From Xylographa opegraphella (lineage: Eukaryota), in the NCBI GenBank assembly GCA_022813865.1, contig JALDZX010000017.1:124001-188000 (forward strand): a stretch of DNA of 64,000 nt. The letters run 5' to 3'. Shown piece by piece: positions 63,072 to 64,000 of the stretch. Numbering within the stretch: the first letter of the stretch is position 1; each line of letters starts with the position of its first letter. The translations under genes were made by a program, and so were the position numbers. Under the pieces are notes generated by a model. That model saw only the letters and a list, made by a program, of their open reading frames with translations. It ran no database searches and was not told the origin of the DNA.

Positions 63072-64000
63072 ATGTTTTCTCTTGATGCGCCGGGTGGTGG
63101 CACCACCGCAACTCGAAATCCCCGGAGGAGACAGCGGACGAGCTCAGATGATTCGATAGCTCTGCGACAGAGCCCGAAAAGGCATAAGCGATCGTTTCTT
63201 GCTGCCGACACATTTGTACCGTCGAATTTGCTGAAGCCGAATGGTCACCTTTCTGTGGTTCATGGGGGCCCCATTTCCGATGGGCACCCACCAAAGGCTC
63301 GAAAACACCGGGACGTCAGTGTTGATACAACCAGTCTCGTAATCCGAAATAGAGGAAGTAAAAGGGTGGAAAGAGAACGGCGAGGTAGCAAGCAAGATGA
63401 GTGTGTGGTGCAGGTAGATATTCCCCACGGTGAACGGTTGGCTACATGGCTGTTGACGCTGCCGAAACTAGACGAAGAACGACAACTACATCGTTATGCA
63501 AGATCCAAATATCCCGGACCTGTTACGAGATATCTTGAGCAGAGGTGATGGACGGCCTAAGTGTCTGGGCGGCTTGATCTGACATTATCACAGAGTCCTG
63601 GCAATCCGAGATTTCAAGTAACCTCGGCCACGCCGTTGCTACGACCTACAACCAAGCCATTATATGGTGCTATAGACATACATCATCTATTGACGTCTCA
63701 AGGCCTCTCGTCATAAAGTTTCCTCAGCTCACCCCAAAATCTGTTTCTCCTTCACATCCTCTTCCGCTAGGCATGCTTGTCCATGATTCAGGTGCAGACG
63801 AAATCGCATTGCTTGTCGTTATGCCTCTTAGCGGTCAGGTCATATACTGGGAGAGCGTCAAGCAAGCTGCAAATGCGGAACTGGTACGACAAAAACAACA
63901 AGCCCTCTTGGGGTCTATCGGTGGCTTGCTTTCTGGTGAGATTATTACAAAGATCACAGAAGCTGAGCCTGACGGATTTATCCTCACTACCAATAACGGC
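63072..64000 (+). CDS. NUP133: Nucleoporin Nup133, N-terminal part (runs off window)
   Basis: MFS..TRNPRRRQRTSSDDS..PKRHKRS..DTF. After introns: TKNDNYIV, AIIW, HPLPLGML, LLVVMPLSGQVIYWESV, EPDGFILTT (beta-propeller-type strands). Confidence 0.8.

Overview
Intron-rich fungal (Pezizomycotina ascomycete) genomic DNA with ~50-nt GT-AG introns, CTRAC/CTRAY branch points and two N gaps. It is not prokaryotic, so most entries in the ORF track are exon fragments or shadows. I hand-spliced about 21 genes. Housekeeping and metabolic genes: a VFA1/DUF1742-like gene, an acyl-CoA thioesterase, an FMN alpha-hydroxy-acid oxidase, MED5, an aldo-keto reductase, GUT2, ECL1 and NUP133. Chromosome-segregation neighbourhood: SGO1, DAD2, a TPX2-motif protein and YPI1. 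Also present: an F-box pseudogene and a two-gene cluster of a highly reducing PKS plus an FSH1/LovG-type esterase. The best candidate for an undescribed system is the accessory block at 7.9-19.2 kb. It holds a DUF6594 membrane protein, a hidden 92-aa SH3/Tudor-like microprotein and a membrane-anchored caspase-like (C14) protease. These are transcribed divergently from two tandem helical proteins whose layout suggests a two-component ClyA/Hbl-type alpha-pore-forming toxin, i.e. a possible protease-gated cell-death or defence module (inference). Two spliced genes absent from the ORF track were reconstructed (10020-10425 and 36148-36772). All family assignments are from motif recognition by eye; no database search was run.
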